From Chrysomallon squamiferum (lineage: Eukaryota; Animalia; Mollusca), in assembly GCA_012295275.1 (NCBI GenBank), contig CM022673.1, positions 13,702,001 through 13,766,000 of the forward strand: a stretch of 64,000 bases of DNA, read 5' to 3'. This document shows, piece by piece, positions 37,508 to 53,303 of this stretch. Below the pieces are notes generated by a model. That model saw only the letters and a program-made list of their open reading frames with translations, had not been told where the DNA came from and searched no databases. Position 1 is the first letter of the stretch. Each line of letters begins with the position of its first letter. Position numbers and translations under genes: made by a program.

Positions 37508-38185
37508 AATGATGATGATGATGATGATGATAATAATAAGAAGAAAAAGTTAAAGGAGAAGAAAATGAAGAAAAAGATACCCACAAAATGTGGGGTCTTT
37601 TTAAAATGTTTTCTTTCCTCTGTCTGTCCGTTTTTCTTTTTTTTCTTTTAAGACAAACAGGGAAAACAACATTTTGTCAGGGTTTTTTTGTGCCAGATAA
37701 CATAAATCATTTACTGGATTTTCCATATATTTTGTTCTTCTTCTTTATTTTTTAACGTTGTGAAAACATTTTAAAAATAAATTGTCAAATTATTTTTCTT
37801 TCTTTCCTTCTATCCTTTTCTTTTCTTCATTTCATTTTGATACAAATTCCATTCGTTTGTTAACAATTTCTGTGTATAATTATTTATCCGACCGTGTGAC
37901 ATTTCGACAATATTTTTAAACCACTGTTTTGTAACCTTCGTAACAGCTGACAGTAGTCACTGATTGAGAATGCAAATTAGACTGGTAATATTTGGATAAT
38001 TTTCTTTCTCTGACATTTCGTTCAGTCTTTCTATATTTTATATATTCTGACACACCGTACTAGATAAACACGCTGATGGTGGAATAGACAACAGACAAAA
38101 TTACTGTAACCTATTTGACGTATTCATAGAGACGATCGAATATTCTTGTTGGCGTGCCTCTCTATCTGTTTGTTACTATAATTAT

Positions 38186-38248
<63 letters not shown>

Positions 38249-38692
38249 ATGTGGTTAAGTATGTGGCCTTGAGTTTGAAAACCGTCGTGAAATATTAACC
38301 AGTCAATTTCAGAACAAATTAATGTCTGTACAATTCTCATCAAAATTTATCAACGCTCGGACAGTTCCATTCTCTGCTTCGTTAGTCTTGGTCTATTACA
38401 TTGTTAACTAGAGCCAGCGGTCATCGTGTTCAGATTTTCCAGTAAACACCTTGCAGCACATCGCTAATATAACAGAACTCAACTGTTTTTTAGCTCACTG
38501 CCCAAGCGTCCCTTCATCAACTAACGCGCAATGCCGGAATTCGTCAAGAATCTTCAAAAAGAAAAAAGCCTCGGGGTCTTCTTCATTCGTCGAAGTTTTA
38601 TAAAAAGAGACTGTGACATTAAGTAACTTCGTTTATTTTAGTTTCTTTTGCTTATTATTATTTTATTTTTTTGCTTTTTTTCTTACTTTCTT

Positions 38693-38726
<34 letters not shown>

Positions 38727-40746
38727 GTTTCTAAATTCAGAATTATTATTTTATACAAAAAGATAATAGAATTTTTGTCTGGAACATCAAAATTATAATA
38801 ATAATAATAATAATAATAAAAAATCTTTACAGTTAAGAAACCATACAAAAGAATTATTATTTCCTATTTCATGTTTGCTTTCAGTTCTAGCAAAGGCATA
38901 TATTAAAGGCAAATTTATATCATTGGTCAGTTTGGATTAAATTGTATTGATCAAGTGTATAAAATAAAACATGATTTATCACAAACAATTCTAGTAATTA
39001 ATTGACGTCTGCTTTGCTGTATTTATCTACTTTCACTAATAATGGTAATATGTTATGGACAATGATTTTATATAAATACTGGTCATTTTTAATTATTATA
39101 AAATCTACTTCACTTCTTCATGGCCTACTCTTAACGTTTACAAGACGTACGTAATCTTTTATAAGTACCATGACAGATACACAAGAACAACCTTACAATA
39201 GTCAGATCTAAGCTGGCTGTCAAACGAATTAATGCGCTAAATAAATAAAAATGATGTCTAGAAAATATTGAAAGAATGGGGAAAAACAACCATAATATGA
39301 CATCTGGTGTCATTCACTGATGTTCAAATACAATTACTTTTAAATGTATCAGAGGATACCTAAGAATTTGAATTATTTACGCCTTGTGTTGACTATACCC
39401 ACAACAGTTATTTCCCTTATTGATCTTTAAAAAAAAAAAAAAATTCTTATGTAGACAAACAATACCTATATATATTTTTGGAATTCTGTGACATTTCTTA
39501 TCAGCTATTTTCATAATTACATGCTCAAAAGTTTGTTAATAAACTGGACCAAGCTGTGGGTGAGGACAAAATAGATTTTATTTATCAATTTTTTTTTGCT
39601 GTTATTAATTATTACATTCAACATAATGTAGATTATACTCATATTTGGCCTTCATTTTTTAAATAATATTCTCTGGGACGGAGTTTGAAGCTCTTACGAG
39701 TATGGCTGAATTGATGGTTTACATTAAAGAGCTAAATTTATTTTAAATTCAGGAATAAATAACATAAGATGCCAATATTAAAGGCAAAATATCCATTGCT
39801 TTGGGGCAAATGGGCTTTCACTTAAAAAGATATGATGCTACATGTGGTTTGCAATGCAAAATAATAATATAGTAATATTTCAGATTATGTTTAATTTAAA
39901 CTGAAATAAAAAAAAAAAAAAAAAAATAAAAGAACAAATTTTCCATGGTACCCATATTATAATTTAAAGACTTATTTACACAGCAGTGGAGGTAAATTTA
40001 AATTTGTTTACTTCATTTTAAAAATCACAAGTAATTTGATCACAATGAATTGACAACTGATGCTACAAATACATTTTGTCCAAGTTGCATTGATGAGAAT
40101 AATTATATATAAAAAATGTTACAAAGAAATTATAGTAAAACTAATTACCCCCTCCCCAAACTTAAAGCAAGATTGTGACTTTTTGAAATGATATTGAGAA
40201 GTAATGTAATGATGTCAGAAATTAATATATTAAAAAATAAAACAATTATAAAGGAAAGGAACAAAACACTATTTTTACTATAATTATTTCTGAGAAATTT
40301 CACTTCTTTTTAAATGTTACATCAATGGAATGGTAATATCCTTCTGTTTTCTAAAATGGATATGTCCATGAATTTGTATTATATGGAAAGTATGCAAACA
40401 ATCTGTTATTTACATTTTAATAACTTATCACAGTAATAGCAGATGGATAAATAAAAAACAAAACATTTCTTCCAACAGTTTCAATTCTTCCAAACCAAAA
40501 CTTTCAGAAGAAAGAAAGAAAAAAAAAATAGAAGACTATACAATTGTCTGAAATTTGTCCAACACAAATAGTAAATCCAGTCACATATTCTTTATGTTAT
40601 CACAGCAGATTACTCTCCACATCTCACCTAGTACAAATAGTACTGAGAATATACGGAATAATGGGAATTTAGGGGTTTTTTAATTCAGAGATTATTAAAA
40701 TATCACAGCATTTGTTGTAGAACTCGATGGACAGACTGACAGACAG

Positions 40747-42548
40747 TTATTTCAACACAAGTTCAGGATCAGTAATTTGCATGTTCAGGTTGGTGATTTT
40801 TGATCGGAACTTGGAACCAAGTCGGTTGTATCTCTTTGTGAGAAAATACTCCAGTTCTTGTTCTCTCTTTTCCCTGAAAAATAAAATAAAGAAAAAATTA
40901 AAAACTTAAATAAATTAATTAATTTAAAACAAAATTCTTTTATAACATTAAATGATTAATCTTTACTCATTGTTAATTGGAAGTAAAAATCAATATTTAT
41001 ATATTTGTATTTATATACACCCCAGCATGATTACAGCATTTAGTTATTTTAAAATATAATAACAATAAGAAGAAGTAGAAAAATAACAATACTTTGGTAA
41101 TAACAACAACAACTGTAATAAGATCAGAAAAAGAGTTGAATTACTCAGAATATATTACTAAGACATCTGCAAATGAGATACAGAAATAATTTTATTTACC
41201 TTGGTACAGGTCCTTCATTTCCAACAGGAATGTTAGATGCAGGCAATTTGTTACCATATGGAAATGTATCACTGTAATGAAAATTAAATAATTAGCAATA
41301 AAAGTAAATAAATAATAAAATATTAAATAACGAAAATAAACTAATTCAGTATATCAGTTTTTTACTAACAATAAAATTTGTAGTTCAGGACAGTGCAGGA
41401 TTATGACTGTTTGTAGAATATTGTCAACAAGTGTACTGTCATTTACTGTCAGTTACAATATATTAATTTATTTGTTTCTGATGACCAGTTTTTTCTAATA
41501 ACAAAGTATAACAACAATTAAAAAAAAAAAAAAAAAAAAAGTTTCAAAGTGAATATTATAAATAATTTATTAATTTAAATGTTATGTTATGAAAGTTTCA
41601 GCCGAAATATTGTAAATAATTTATTTATCTAAATATTATTACAAACAATGCATGATGTTACCTGGTAATGCTGTCATCTGTTGTACTTTCCACCAAAGAA
41701 AATTGAGCATTAACCATCTGAGGAGTGAGGACTATATCTTCTGTTTCACTGTGAAAAAAAAGAAGAAAATAAAAAGCACCTTTGAAATCTGTTAATTATT
41801 AATGTTACATCCTATATAATAACATCTAACATTAAGACTTGTTTTTAAAAATATCTGCAATTTAAACTAATATAATTTAATATATGAATTTTATATAATA
41901 TTAATAAATAAACACAGCTATATCATACCATAATTTATTAACTCTGAGCCAGTCTTACTTATTAGATCATATTTTATTACAGTTTTTCTCTGGTGTCAAA
42001 TAAAATTATTTAGTGAAAATAACTTATTTTAGCCTAATAATGAATGTAAAAAAATGAGGAATCTACACAAATGAATAATGAAAATATATGAATAACTAAT
42101 ATTTGAATGACATACATACATACATACATAAACACACATACATACACATACATACACATGCATACATAATCATAATGAATATATGTGAATAAAAAAATGA
42201 ATACACATGAACGAGTGAAAGAATGTATTAATATTCATAAACACATTTTGAGTGTATGTGAATAAATACTCATGAAAAATAGATATTCATGAATTGCTTA
42301 TTACTGATCTGAGAAAATATCCCTTGTTGTCAATGACAGTAGGCAATAGCAGATATTTTCCTTTTTTCCATTATCATTACAGATTTAAACTTAAATATGA
42401 TGTCATATGATGAGAGAATAAAAATGTATTTAATGGTTTGTTTTTTCCTTTATTTTTTATCATGACATATCTTGTAACTGACACCCATTAATGTAATATA
42501 AAAATATATTAAGAAGAAATTGAGCATGCATTAATTTATTAGAGTAAC

Positions 42549-42589
<41 letters not shown>

Positions 42590-44753
42590 TAACAATAATA
42601 ATAAAGGTATGAAAACCAAAATTAACTCATTTCTAAGACACTGATTTATCTGTTTTTAGTGTAAATTAAAAATGTTAAATGAAATATTTTAAATATTTAC
42701 TCTAAAATATTCCTTTTATCATCTTCTGGCAGATCTTCAAGAAATTCTGTCACTTCCTGTGGTAATAATTCTGTCATGAACTGATCATCCCTGGTAAAAA
42801 TAATCAGACAATTGGTAGAATCACAATAAAAATTTTCTTTCATGTATGTTAAATACACAAGTTGAAAATGTATGTCTTGTAAAACATTAATCTTGTTTGT
42901 AAATGTTTATATCTATCACTCCATGTTTCTTTTTGTTATCATCATTTGTTACACTAAACAAAAGTCATATGTAATTAATCTGTTTGTTAATAACTGCAAT
43001 AAAATTAATATATTTTTAAATATCTGTCAAAATCATTAAAGGTATTTCTTAAACAGTAAGTATGACAAATAAATAGTCTAATATAATTATTATTTTATGT
43101 TTTTCTGCAATGTTTTCCCTTTCAACAAAGTATGACTATAAAATAAACAGTTATGAATACTGTCATTTTATCCCTTTACAGCCAGAGTCATGAAATTATT
43201 GCATGCTTCTGGATTTATAATTGGTCTTCATACAATACTGAAAGAAACATTACACAGGTCTGCCCAAGTTAGGAAAGTTTTCATACCCAGATATTTTTAA
43301 TATCTGCTCTTTTATTATTATTAATTTGGATTATATTGTGAAAAGGAATAAAATGTTAACTTGGAAATATTCAGATTATATTTAGATTGTTATTTCATTA
43401 TTGCCACAGATACATTTCAGCAAAAAACGGAACAGCCATAAAAATACCAAATGTATTTAACTTATTTTTTAAAAGTTAATATTAAATATGAGAACTTACC
43501 AGCGTGGGACCCACACTCCAGACAGTGTTGGTGTATTGGACAGTGAGATCAAACCCTGAGAGGGGAACTTTTTCCAACCCATACTTCCTCTTATCACATC
43601 CTGAAAACAGTTGAAATATTGATATGTACATGTACAGTCTTGTTAATTTTATTTTAACTCTTAATTAAACTATCAAAAGTTTTAAAAAAAAAAAATATAA
43701 AAAGATATATGAAACATTCAAAATTCAGTTAAATTTTGTAAGTTGTATTAATCCTGTAATATTTTTCAGTAAAATATTATTAAAACGGTCTAAAGGAACT
43801 TCCTAAAAAAGTCTGTATAATATATTGCTTTGAGAACTCAGTAAAACAAATAATCATAATAAATGAGTTCATTTAAAAAAAAAAAAAAAAAAATTAACTT
43901 TTATTTGCAGTAATGCAGAAATATATAAAATCAGTAAATAGAGGATATATGGCACAATAAAAATATTTTCCCAGTAACAATAATAAAATAATATTTACCT
44001 CTCGATCAAGATATCTTCTTTGTGTTGCAGCATGAGGATTGGTGACAAAGTCTTTGCGGACATAGCGAGGCAGAGGACACAGGTGAAAATCTGTGTCAAC
44101 CTCAGCATACGGTAAAGGTGCCAGAAAAACCTGTAAACCAGGTGCAGGATTCTGTGAAAACAAATAAAGCAAAGCAGTCAGGTATCACATGTCACTTGGG
44201 AGACAGAGAAAATTGTGCTACACAAGTAAAATGATACATACAAAAATATGTAAGGGAGGATACTCTATAGACATGAAGAGTGCTGCAGGGGGAGATAATG
44301 TTAGTGTCTTCATTTCCTCTGTGACTTCTGGGATCTCAACATGAGAAATGTCTTCCTCTGCAACCAGTTCTTCGGCCATTTTCTCCTCCAGTTCTTGTAG
44401 GTTTGTCTGAGGAAGACTGATTACTTCATCCTGTAGTAAAAAATAATTCAATAAATCATAAAGTGCAATCATATCTCATTTGCAATCATATCTCAAAAAT
44501 TAAAAAAGTAAAATAAAATAAAATATATAAAGAAAAAAAAAAAAGAAAAAAAAATATAGAAAAAAAATGATAGGATAAGGTGAAATATAATAAAATAAAA
44601 ATATAAAAAACTAAATACACATAAAATAAATAAATTTAAAGTTATTTATTACTGAAAGTATAGAACAAAGTTTTATTATTTCAAAATATGATAAAGATTA
44701 AACACAGTGAAATAGTCATTTTAATAATTATATAATAAAAATGGACCAAATAC

Positions 44754-44812
<59 letters not shown>

Positions 44813-45490
44813 CCACACACAACACACACTCACATTAAAAACATACCTCTGCACCAGTTCTTAGTGGTCGGATAAGATTTGGTGTGACGTAGCCTTTGGA
44901 GGCATTGTGGACATTATGTGGTTTGTACTTCAGTAATTTGTATGTCTGTGGAACCTACAACATAGAACAGCATCACAATTCAGTTATCACAATGACAACG
45001 TTTTGTGTAATAATCTGCTTTATTTTACATGCTACTGCTAGGTTTTTAAAGTTTATAAAATGGGCAGTGGTACAAAAACTAAAGAAGTAGGATTTCGTTA
45101 AGAATGTTATTCATGTAGTTTTATAATAACATATACAATTCATTCTTTCTGCCTGAGGAAAAAATAAAAAACAAACAAATAAATAAAAATAAATAAAAAA
45201 TTAAAAAACTGCCAGGACCTAGACTTCAGCCTTGTCAGCCTTGTGAGAACACTGCAATATTTTTTTATCAACTTTTTTTGGATTATCTAATTTCACTTGG
45301 AAGTTATATCATGACAGTTCTGGTATAGAGCTCTGAAATCAAAAGATAAGTAACAGTTTATAAAATGATAATTAAAGGTGTGGTTATTACCTTGAGGTTG
45401 AAGTAAGGCACTTTTCTCTTGACTATCACTTCAGTTGCTTGGAAAGGAACAAGCCCTAGAGCATCAGGTGCCTTGATAAAAATAAATCAC

Positions 45491-45532
<42 letters not shown>

Positions 45533-46362
45533 GCAACAACAGTAACAATAAAAATACAAATAATGATAATAGTAATGATAATGTTAATGATAATGATAAT
45601 GATAATGACAATGATGATGTTGATGATTATGATAATGACAATGATGATGCTGATGATTATGATGATTATTATGAAAATAATACATGTAAGAGAAATAATG
45701 ATAATGACGATGCTAACAGTAACAATAATAATAATGATAATGATGATAATGATCATGTTAATAATAGCAAAAATAACAATGATAATAATGATGATGCTAA
45801 CAAAAGCAAATATCAGTAATAATAATAATTACAAGAAAAAGAAGAAGAAGAACAACAAATGAATCACAATTAAAAGTAAAGACTAAATCAAAAAAGAAAC
45901 TCAGAATATATATATATATATATCTAAAAAAAAAATATTTGAGAAGTATATGCAATATATTTTGCCTAAATCTTTGGGTAATTTTAATGAAAAAAAATAA
46001 AAAAAAAAAAAAAAATAATAATAATAATTAAAAAAAAAAAATAGAAAATAAATTAAATAAATAAAAAGGTAAATAATCATTTTAAAGTATATACACTATA
46101 TTTAAAAGTTCTATTTCAGAATTCTACAAACTTTACTTCAGCTACATTTCATGTATGAAGATTAAATATAAAACACTAATTACAAATAAAACACAAGTTC
46201 TAGAAATCTAATCATACTGATAACTTACCATGTCATCTTTGATGTTGGGGGAATGTATGTTGCAAAATTAAATCTCTTTATTTTTTTGCTGGTCATCTCC
46301 AAGTGAAGTGGAATTTCTTCTTTTTCTTCTTCTTCTTCAACTTTTTCCTTCTCATCTTCAGC

Positions 46363-46422
<60 letters not shown>

Positions 46423-46439
46423 GAATAATAATAATAATG

Positions 46440-46478
<39 letters not shown>

Positions 46479-46495
46479 TAACAGTGATAATAACA

Positions 46496-46552
<57 letters not shown>

Positions 46553-47406
46553 CATAGTAACTGATAATAATAATAGTAATAATAATAACAAAAATAACAA
46601 TAAGACTAATAATAATGATGATAATAATGATAATAATAATAATGAAAATTCCAAAGAAAACAGACCTCATAATTAAATGCTGTTAAACAAATACAGTTTA
46701 AATCAGTTTAAATGATAATTTATATTTGTGTGTATTTTGTAAAAGACTAAAACGTACTTATATCTGTCGTGTATTTCTTCCTACTCCAGTCAACTACAAC
46801 TTTCCGAAGAGACTGTAGTTTGTAAGATGCTCTTAGCCTTATGATCACCTGTTTAATACAAACTCAAAATTTAATATTTAATGATTCAGGAACAAGAAAA
46901 CAAAATAAATTGATAGACAGATACTGTGATTTGAAAATATAAGTATCATAATAAAACAAAAGTTGTAAATTATTACCAAAATATTATTTTTGCTTTAAAA
47001 TCTTCAAAAGCACTTTGAACCAGACAGGAAGAGTGAATTTTTTAATAAAATTTATCAAGTCAGTAGCCCATAAAACATTTCCCTTTATAACAAGTGCTCT
47101 ATGTTTGATATATTATATGAAGCTTTTATCTCTATTTGTGAATAAACATGAAAGAACATTTCCATATAAAATGAAAGCATATGTTTCTTTTTCCTGTGTA
47201 AAATGTAACAGATATATTCAGCAACAGAAAAATAATCTGTGTGCATTAGATGAACAGAAATGAAGTATTTAGTAAAATGGCATGTTACTTTTCTGGCTGC
47301 CTGCTGAAATCTTGTCAAAGCTGCCAGTCTCACAGCCCACATGTCATTGGAGTTGGGATCAAACTGGACACCTTCTGATGCAACCTGAACACACAAAAAA
47401 CAAATG

Positions 47407-47442
<36 letters not shown>

Positions 47443-49588
47443 AATGGGTAAGTAAATAAATAATGTTTTCAGTGAATAATAGAGAGGGAGAGACAGAGAG
47501 AGAGAGAAAGAGGGGGAGAGAGTGACAGAGAGAATTACATATATACATTCATACACACACTCACTCACACACAAACATATAGACAGAAAGGAGAAAAAGA
47601 TAAGGATGTGATGGAAAGGGAGGTATGAGAGAATGAAAACATATAGACAGAAAGAAAGATAGTAAGATGAAGAGAAACAAACAGATACAGAGACAGACAT
47701 ACATAGCTGAATAAAAGCAGAGTTAATAAAATTAAGTGGAGAGAGAAAGAAAGAGAGAGACAGATAACAAAGTGAACAGAAAAGACATATTAAAAGACAA
47801 ATAGACACACAGACAGAGAGAGAAGTGAGATAACAAAGTTACCTGTGTACAATCTCTAAGAGTTCTTTTGAACAAACAAGATGAACATGTCCTCAGAAAT
47901 TCATCTTCTGGTACTGAGTCTCCTCTCACAGAGTACTGAAACAACAACAGACAGATTATAAATAACAACCAGAACACCATATTAAGTAGTTAACATTTTG
48001 TCTATTTAATGAAAACAATTAATAACTGTTTTTCTTATAACTGTTTTTCTTTACTTTAATGTAATTTTAAAAATCAGTGCTAGAAAACTCTAGAATTTCT
48101 TTTAAACTACAGTTAATAAATTTAATGTTTTGTGAACATTATCATAATTTGAAATAGGAAATGTCAGTGATGACTCCATATTCATTTTAAAACATAAAAA
48201 AAGTGATTTAGTATTAGTACTATTTTATTATCAAACACACACACATGAAACTATTCTTTTTATTTAACATACATATTTCTTATAAATTCTATCAATGAAA
48301 TGAAAGCATTACTAACTTTAACAACAAAATTAGTAAAAACATAAATTTTAAAAAACTAAATTCTAAAAGCCTTTATTTCACGAGGAACTATTCTCCACGC
48401 TGTGAGAAAAACTTGAATATTATTCTGTGTATGTGTGTGATAAAGAAAACTTTAAAACTGGCTTCTAACTTACTTTGTAGTAACTCAAGGCTGCACTGCG
48501 GTCATTGAGTATCTCAGTTCTCTCCTTGGTGGTGATCTGATCATCTCCCAGCTTAACCTGCCACCTCAGCTGATTCTGTCTCTCTTCATAAACATTCTGA
48601 ATCACTAACTGTCCAAACCTTGCTTCCTGACAATAAAATTAAAGTTTTATATATACATATATATATTACAATGTATGATAAAATTGTATGGTAGGTGTAT
48701 AATTATATCCCTTTTGTACATTAAAGAACAATGAAGATATCACTTGACAGTGGGAGCATGAATATAAATTTTAAAAGATTTTTAAAGATTTTAGTATCAT
48801 ATTACTACATCTAAGTCATAAATTAATTAATTGTTATCACTGTATCATCATCATAATTTTTATGATTTCTTAATTCTAGTAGTAGTAATATTATTATTGT
48901 TGTTGTTGTTGTTATTGTTGTGGTTGCTGTTGTTGTTATTACCTTCATCTGTTTTGTGCTTACGCTGGAGCTGCTTGGTTTCTTTCCTATAATATCTGAA
49001 AAATACAACAGATGCAACAGTCTGAATCAGCTTTTAAAAATATTCAGCATTTATAATCCAGTGAAAATAATTTTAAAGAAAACAAAAGTTTATTTAATAT
49101 TTTTTTGAAATTATTATTTACTGATAACTGATGGTTCGTATAAGACATACCACAGTGCTTGATAAACCAGGTTTGACACTGTTATTATTATTATTATAAA
49201 TGGCACCAGACTTGAGACTATTATTATTATTGTAAATAACACAGAGCATATAAAAAAGCACAAACAGGAACTGATCCTAAAACCTATCAAGCTCAAATCC
49301 TGTAGTGACATCAGACTCTGCTATATTTTTATATTTACTTTCTCTGAGATCCTTCACTCGCAATTTTCCCGCCTCTTGATTTAAAACTTGGGCAACAGCA
49401 TATGGTGTATCTATTACTGTTGGAAACTTGATTCCTTTGTAAAATATCGCCTTAAAATATAAATAAAAATTAATGTTAATTATAAAAAAATACTAATTTG
49501 TATATTCTTAGGAAAGAGTTCAGAGAGAAATAAAAATTGTAGATGTAATTTGCATTTAAATAGTTTTTATCATCATTTGTAGAGACTA

Positions 49589-49653
<65 letters not shown>

Positions 49654-52600
49654 CGATAGACAGAAAGACATGTAGATATATATTAAAGTATAGATCAGGG
49701 TACAAAAATTTTAAAAAATTAAAATAATAATAATGTTTTTAAAAAGAAGATATAATAAAAATATAAATAGGAACCATCATACTTTCTCTGGCTCAGTCCT
49801 TGGTGTCGTTTTTGGTTTCTTCTTGAGTCTAGCTCGATCAAGTGGAGTCAGACATCTTGGATCTAGCACAGTGGGATCGTACTCAGACTCGTAGGTTTGA
49901 GACGAAAGTTCCCTGAAAAAAACAGAAAAAAACATCCATCACTATAATGTATATTTCAAACTATCAGTTGAAAATGCAAATTCAAAATGAATATTTGAGA
50001 CTGCAGGATGAAATCTGTTCAGTAATTTATCAGGTTAATTTCCCATTCAGCTAGTGTTCTTGTTTAAGTTAATGTAAAATTCCAGCTGCTAAAAAATAAG
50101 AATAGTTCATGCAGAGTGGGCTTCCTGTCTCTTATATTAACAATGTGAAAATATTAAGAAAAAACATATCACTAATGCAAAAGATACCAGTCAATCATAT
50201 TTTGAATATGCTGATATCATGCATTTTTATACTGGACAAAAAACAGCTTAATGGTCCTACACTGCTCCAGTCTTTGTTACTAGCATGCAACTGCTGAAAC
50301 TACAATATTACAAATCAGGAAGACTAATATACAACAAAGCCATTAATATAGTTTATAAGCTACTTACTTTAATGTTCTAAAAAACTTTACAAAGTACTTA
50401 CTTGAGTAGACCTGGTGATTTTATGTTCTAATAGGCTTTACAAAGTACTTACTTGAGTAGACCTGGTAATTTTATGTTCTAATAGACTTTACAAAGTACT
50501 TACTTGAGTAGACCTGGTGATTTTATGTTCTAATAGACTTTACAAAGTACTTACTTGAGTAGACCTGTTGATTTTATGTTCTAATAGACTTTACAAAGTA
50601 CTTACTTGAGTAGACCTGGTGATTTTATGTTCTAATAGACTTTACAAAGTACTTACTTGAGTAGACCCGGTGCAGAGTAACCAGTGAAAGTACAGACAAG
50701 AGGTTTTGAGTTAAACTGGGAAGTCGTCAGTTGAACTTTCATCTGAGCTGTCAGGTACTCACTGGGGGAGTATGTCACTGTAATGACTGCCTCCCCACTG
50801 GCTGGAACCACCCCTGTAATAACACAAAACAATTAATATATATAAATCTGACACTTAAACAGTCTGTTAATCATTTTTGGTATCAAAGTTATGAAAGTTA
50901 TGAGTTACATCTTGAAAATTTTGAAAATTCGAAGAAAAAAAAAAAAAAAATGATATATATATATATAATTTTTTATTCTAATATTAAATAAAAATATAAA
51001 AATAACATTTAATCAAAACTTACTTATATGTCCTTAAACACTGATTGCACATGTGCACACACATACATAAATTAAAATAAAATAAAATAATATAACTACC
51101 TGACATTGGTTCAACGTGAAATGCTTGATGTTGTTGTAGATAGACCAACTCAAACTCAAATTCAACTGGAGCAGTGGAACGAAGTGAAAATGTCTCAGAC
51201 ATTCTAAAAAATAAATATTACACCTCATAATCATATTACAGGAAAATAATTTGAAATTATTCATATATTCTAGAACAAATATCAGAAATATTCAAATATT
51301 TATAAAAGAATGTGGTGAAATATTCCATAATTTGAAAAATTATTTGAGAAAGTTCTGAAGAAGAAATTTTCTTTTAATTTAATTTCTATGCACGTAATAA
51401 CTTCTGACTGACAAGCAGTATCAAACGTAAATTATTATTCAACATCCTTTAATCAACCAACATAAAGAAAGAAATTTTGGACTTACGCATGTCCGACAGG
51501 TACTGGGGCAAATGTGAAGTTTGTTGGAAACCCATGAGTGTCCATCACTGGGTAAGCATGTATCGGAATAACAAGATTTTCCTCCCCCTGTAATACACAG
51601 TAGGTAATCCATCACAGAATTCTGTTATTCACTGCAATGTGCTAGTTATATTAAAAATTACTTTCCCATTATTATCCATGATTACATTATTGCTGAGTGA
51701 GTTTACGACGAATTTTCCATCTTTGGTGAGCGTGTAGCTCTCAGCTAGCATACCCAAATTACATGCCCCTGCTGTTAATGTTTCTATGCAAAGTAAAACA
51801 CAATATGATCAATAATATTATATACTGAGAAAACAAAGTAATCCCCATTGTAATAATAATTGCAGTGGTGAAAAATATGATTTACGTCTCCAGCTTCAAA
51901 GTTATAAGCAGGTGGTTTATTTCATGGTCATGAATTCATAATTTTCTCATGATTTGAACTGATATGGCAAAGAAATGTGGTGTAAAAAAAAAAAATGCTT
52001 TTATAAAAAAAATATTCTAAAATATAGTACAAGAAAAAAATAAAAATGAAAAAACTAAAAGCAGGAGAGATTTATTTATTTTATTAAACTGTTTTCCGTT
52101 CCTGTTAAATAGATGAATAAAGCAGTTTTACTTACAGGGCAGTTGATGCGAATACAATCATAGTAGTATCTCCATTCATCTGGCGTGAACTCAATATGAC
52201 AGTCTAGAGTTAACCCAGGTACCATTCTTTTCTGTAAAGTGTTTAAAAACATTTTTAATTAGCAATAATAGGTAAAAACAATATGAATTAAGTTACAAAG
52301 GTTTTACGAATTTCAGCAAAATAAATTATTTAAAATAGTACTTAAAATACGATAAATATTACTGCTTAAGAAATATTGTTAAACGTACACAAATTTAAAA
52401 GAATCAAATTAGTAATTACTGCATAGACATTATACTGTAATGATTAAATTAAAGAAATAACATTATTTACCAAACTGATATTAAGAAACTATCAAAATAA
52501 CGAATACCGGAAATAAATTAAACAGAGAATGAAAAAAATAATAATAATAACAAATTAGGATTATTAAATTAATTTAATTAAATTTTATTTTAAATCATTA

Positions 52601-52969
52601 TAATGACCATACTTACAGACTTAGTGTATTTGATGTAGAAATATTTAGTTTGTGGAGGTATGATGTGCATTCTCGTGACCTGCGGTGAAGCATTTACTAT
52701 TGTTAGGTTCTGCACACTTGTCTTATTTTCTTCAAAACCTTCAAAATGGATGACAGGAGGCCTTGCATGTATCTCACTGCTCTGTCCAACCTTAGTGTAT
52801 ATTTCTAAAACCAATATTTACAATTAATATTTCATACAAAAGGCAATTAACAAAAACAACAATATTTTATTATATATTTTAACATAACAGTTTGTTACAT
52901 ATTTGATCAAAAGTAAAAAAAAAGTAAAACTTAAAAATAGAATCTTAGCCATAAGCTTTTTGCTGAGTT

Positions 52970-53020
<51 letters not shown>

Positions 53021-53240
53021 TTTTTTTTTTTTTTTTAAAGTAAATTAATTTTCTAGTATGCTTCTAACTTTGAACAAGGAGAGTATCTTGGATATATTCT
53101 AATACTGTAGCAAGTTTTCCAACACCAGGGGTGTCATGTAATGAAGTAAAATTCCAATACTGACAGACTGCAACATCATGTTTGAATTTTTATTTTCAGA
53201 AATATTTTATCAGAGGTGATGACAATTTCAAGAAAAAGAA

Positions 53241-53303
<63 letters not shown>

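Noticed and set aside
37571-37602. Hairpin AAAAAGATACCCACA-AAA-TGTGGGGTCTTTTT resembling a rho-independent terminator
   Set aside because: Eukaryotic intergenic DNA with no associated gene; probably chance or a MITE remnant.
45419-46670. Poly-I/M/Y ORFs here, and similar poly-LS, poly-ER and poly-VC ORFs across the window
   Set aside because: Translations of (AAT)n, (ATG)n, (CT)n and (GT)n microsatellites.
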